From assembly GCF_900128735.1 (NCBI RefSeq), contig NZ_LT667503.1, forward strand, positions 180,001 to 212,000: a stretch of DNA of 32,000 nucleotides, in the 5' to 3' direction. Source of the stretch: Candidatus Saccharimonadota bacterium. Its GTDB lineage: Bacteria > Pseudomonadota > Gammaproteobacteria > Enterobacterales > Enterobacteriaceae. Both the position numbers and the translations under genes were made by a program. Of this stretch, positions 30,984 to 32,000 are shown in pieces (position 1 is the first letter of the stretch; each line of letters begins with the position of its first letter). The notes beneath the pieces were generated by a model. The model was not told where the DNA came from. It was given only the letters and a program-made list of their open reading frames with translations, and made no database searches.

Positions 30984-31832
30984 TTGAAAAAACCAGACTG
31001 GTTACGAATTCGTTTACCAGTCGTTACAAAAAATGTAAAAAATATTAAATTACTACTAAGAAAATATAAATTATATTCTGTGTGTGAAGAAGCTCAATGT
31101 CCTAATTTATCTGAATGTTTTAATCGAAGTACGGCGACTTTTATGATTTTAGGATTTATTTGTACAAGAAAATGTCCATTTTGTGCTGTTATAAAAGGTC
31201 GTCCAATTATTCCTGATGATCAAGAACCTGAAAAATTATATCATGTAATTATGAAATTAAATTTAAAATATGTTGTGTTAACTTCAGTGACTCGGGATGA
31301 TTTATATGATGGAGGAGCTAAACATTTTTATAATTGTATACGTTTTATTCGTAATATAAAAAATATTAAAGTAGAAATTTTAGTTCCCGATTTTCGAAAA
31401 AATATTAAAATAGCTTTAAAAATTATTAGAAAATGTCCACCAGATGTATTTAATCACAATATTGAAAACGTTCCTCGTTTATATTCGATTATTCGTCCCG
31501 GAGCTAATTATCAACATTCATTAACATTATTACGTACATTTAAGAAATATTGCCCTGATATACCGACTAAATCTGGTTTAATGTTAGGATTAGGAGAATA
31601 TCCTGATGAAGTTTTTTCTGTTTTAAAAGATTTAAAAAAGAATGGAGTTTCTATTATTACAATAGGTCAGTATATGCAACCAAGTAAAAAACATTTACCG
31701 GTTAAAAAATACATTACCCCACAGGATTTTGATCTTTTTCAAAAATATGCAATATCTTTAGGTTTTCGTCATGTCTTTTGTGGTCCACTAGTACGTTCCT
31801 CTTATCATGCTGATCAACAAATTATGACTTAA
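30984..31832 (+). CDS. lipA: Lipoyl synthase LipA (minimal ORF from TTG 30984; it may start at ATG 30889 if the A16 tract is read as A17 or A14)
   Basis: [24 protein letters not shown], the radical-SAM motif [10 protein letters not shown] and a C-terminal RSSYHAD all match E. coli LipA. The frame stays open upstream through ..[22 protein letters not shown] back into the A16 run, but it has no ATG there. Confidence 0.93.
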   Translation: MKKPDWLRIRLPVVTKNVKNIKLLLRKYKLYSVCEEAQCPNLSECFNRSTATFMILGFICTRKCPFCAVIKGRPIIPDDQEPEKLYHVIMKLNLKYVVLTSVTRDDLYDGGAKHFYNCIRFIRNIKNIKVEILVPDFRKNIKIALKIIRKCPPDVFNHNIENVPRLYSIIRPGANYQHSLTLLRTFKKYCPDIPTKSGLMLGLGEYPDEVFSVLKDLKKNGVSIITIGQYMQPSKKHLPVKKYITPQDFDLFQKYAISLGFRHVFCGPLVRSSYHADQQIMT

Positions 31833-31906
31833 TGAAAATTTAATTTTTTCATTATACTCTTGAAATTTTTTCTTGTTTTATAGATGTAAGAAATTTAAAA
31901 ACATAG

Positions 31907-32000
31907 AAAATATTAACTTTCTTACACATAATATATAAAAACACCAATAAAGTTTCTTATTGGTGTTTTTATATATTATGTGTAAGAAAGTTAATATTTT
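31907..32000. terminator. Perfect 44-bp-arm inverted repeat with a 6-nt loop, whose core looks like a bidirectional rho-independent terminator; truncated by the window edge
   Basis: The left arm 31907-31950 is the exact reverse complement of the right arm 31957-32000, verified base by base, with loop AGTTTC. The inner part AAAAACACCAATAA-AGTTTC-TTATTGGTGTTTTT has an A-tract/stem/T-tract layout. It lies 75 nt downstream of the lipA stop. Confidence 0.7.

Noticed and set aside
31830-31854. A 9-bp hairpin TAATGAAAA-N7-TTTTCATTA overlapping the lipA stop codon
   Set aside because: It has only one G-C pair and a weak stem, and the much stronger inverted repeat 50 nt downstream is the more plausible terminator.

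Overview
This window is an extremely AT-rich (roughly 20% GC outside the RNA genes, judged by eye), gene-dense piece of a reduced gammaproteobacterial endosymbiont chromosome. The 16S rRNA sequence, the gene order and the protein sequences match Buchnera aphidicola, probably a highly reduced lineage such as those of Lachninae/Cinara aphids. I can support 26 housekeeping protein genes, all with recognisable E. coli orthologues: frr, bamA, fabZ, dnaE, proS, flhB, flhA, argS, rnhA, dnaQ, grpE, smpB, tadA, acpS, era, rnc, lepB, lepA, mnmA, fabI, rnb, ychE, lipB and lipA among them. There is also a 16S rRNA-tRNAIle-tRNAAla unit with no 23S/5S, and a solitary tRNAAsp. I see no CRISPR array, mobile element, prophage, defence locus, foreign-composition island or unexplained multi-gene cluster, so I cannot support a novel system here. 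The points worth a second look are: (1) four genes (era, lepB, fabI, and the lipA 5' end) are thrown out of frame exactly inside long poly(A) tracts, and all four are fixed by +1 A or -2 A; (2) a perfect 44-bp-arm inverted repeat containing a bidirectional-terminator core runs into the right window edge; (3) FlhB has lost the NPTH autocleavage motif (DQIQ instead); (4) the rrs leader keeps its promoter, a boxA-like element and a 21-bp processing stem. All alignments and counts were done by eye, without tools.
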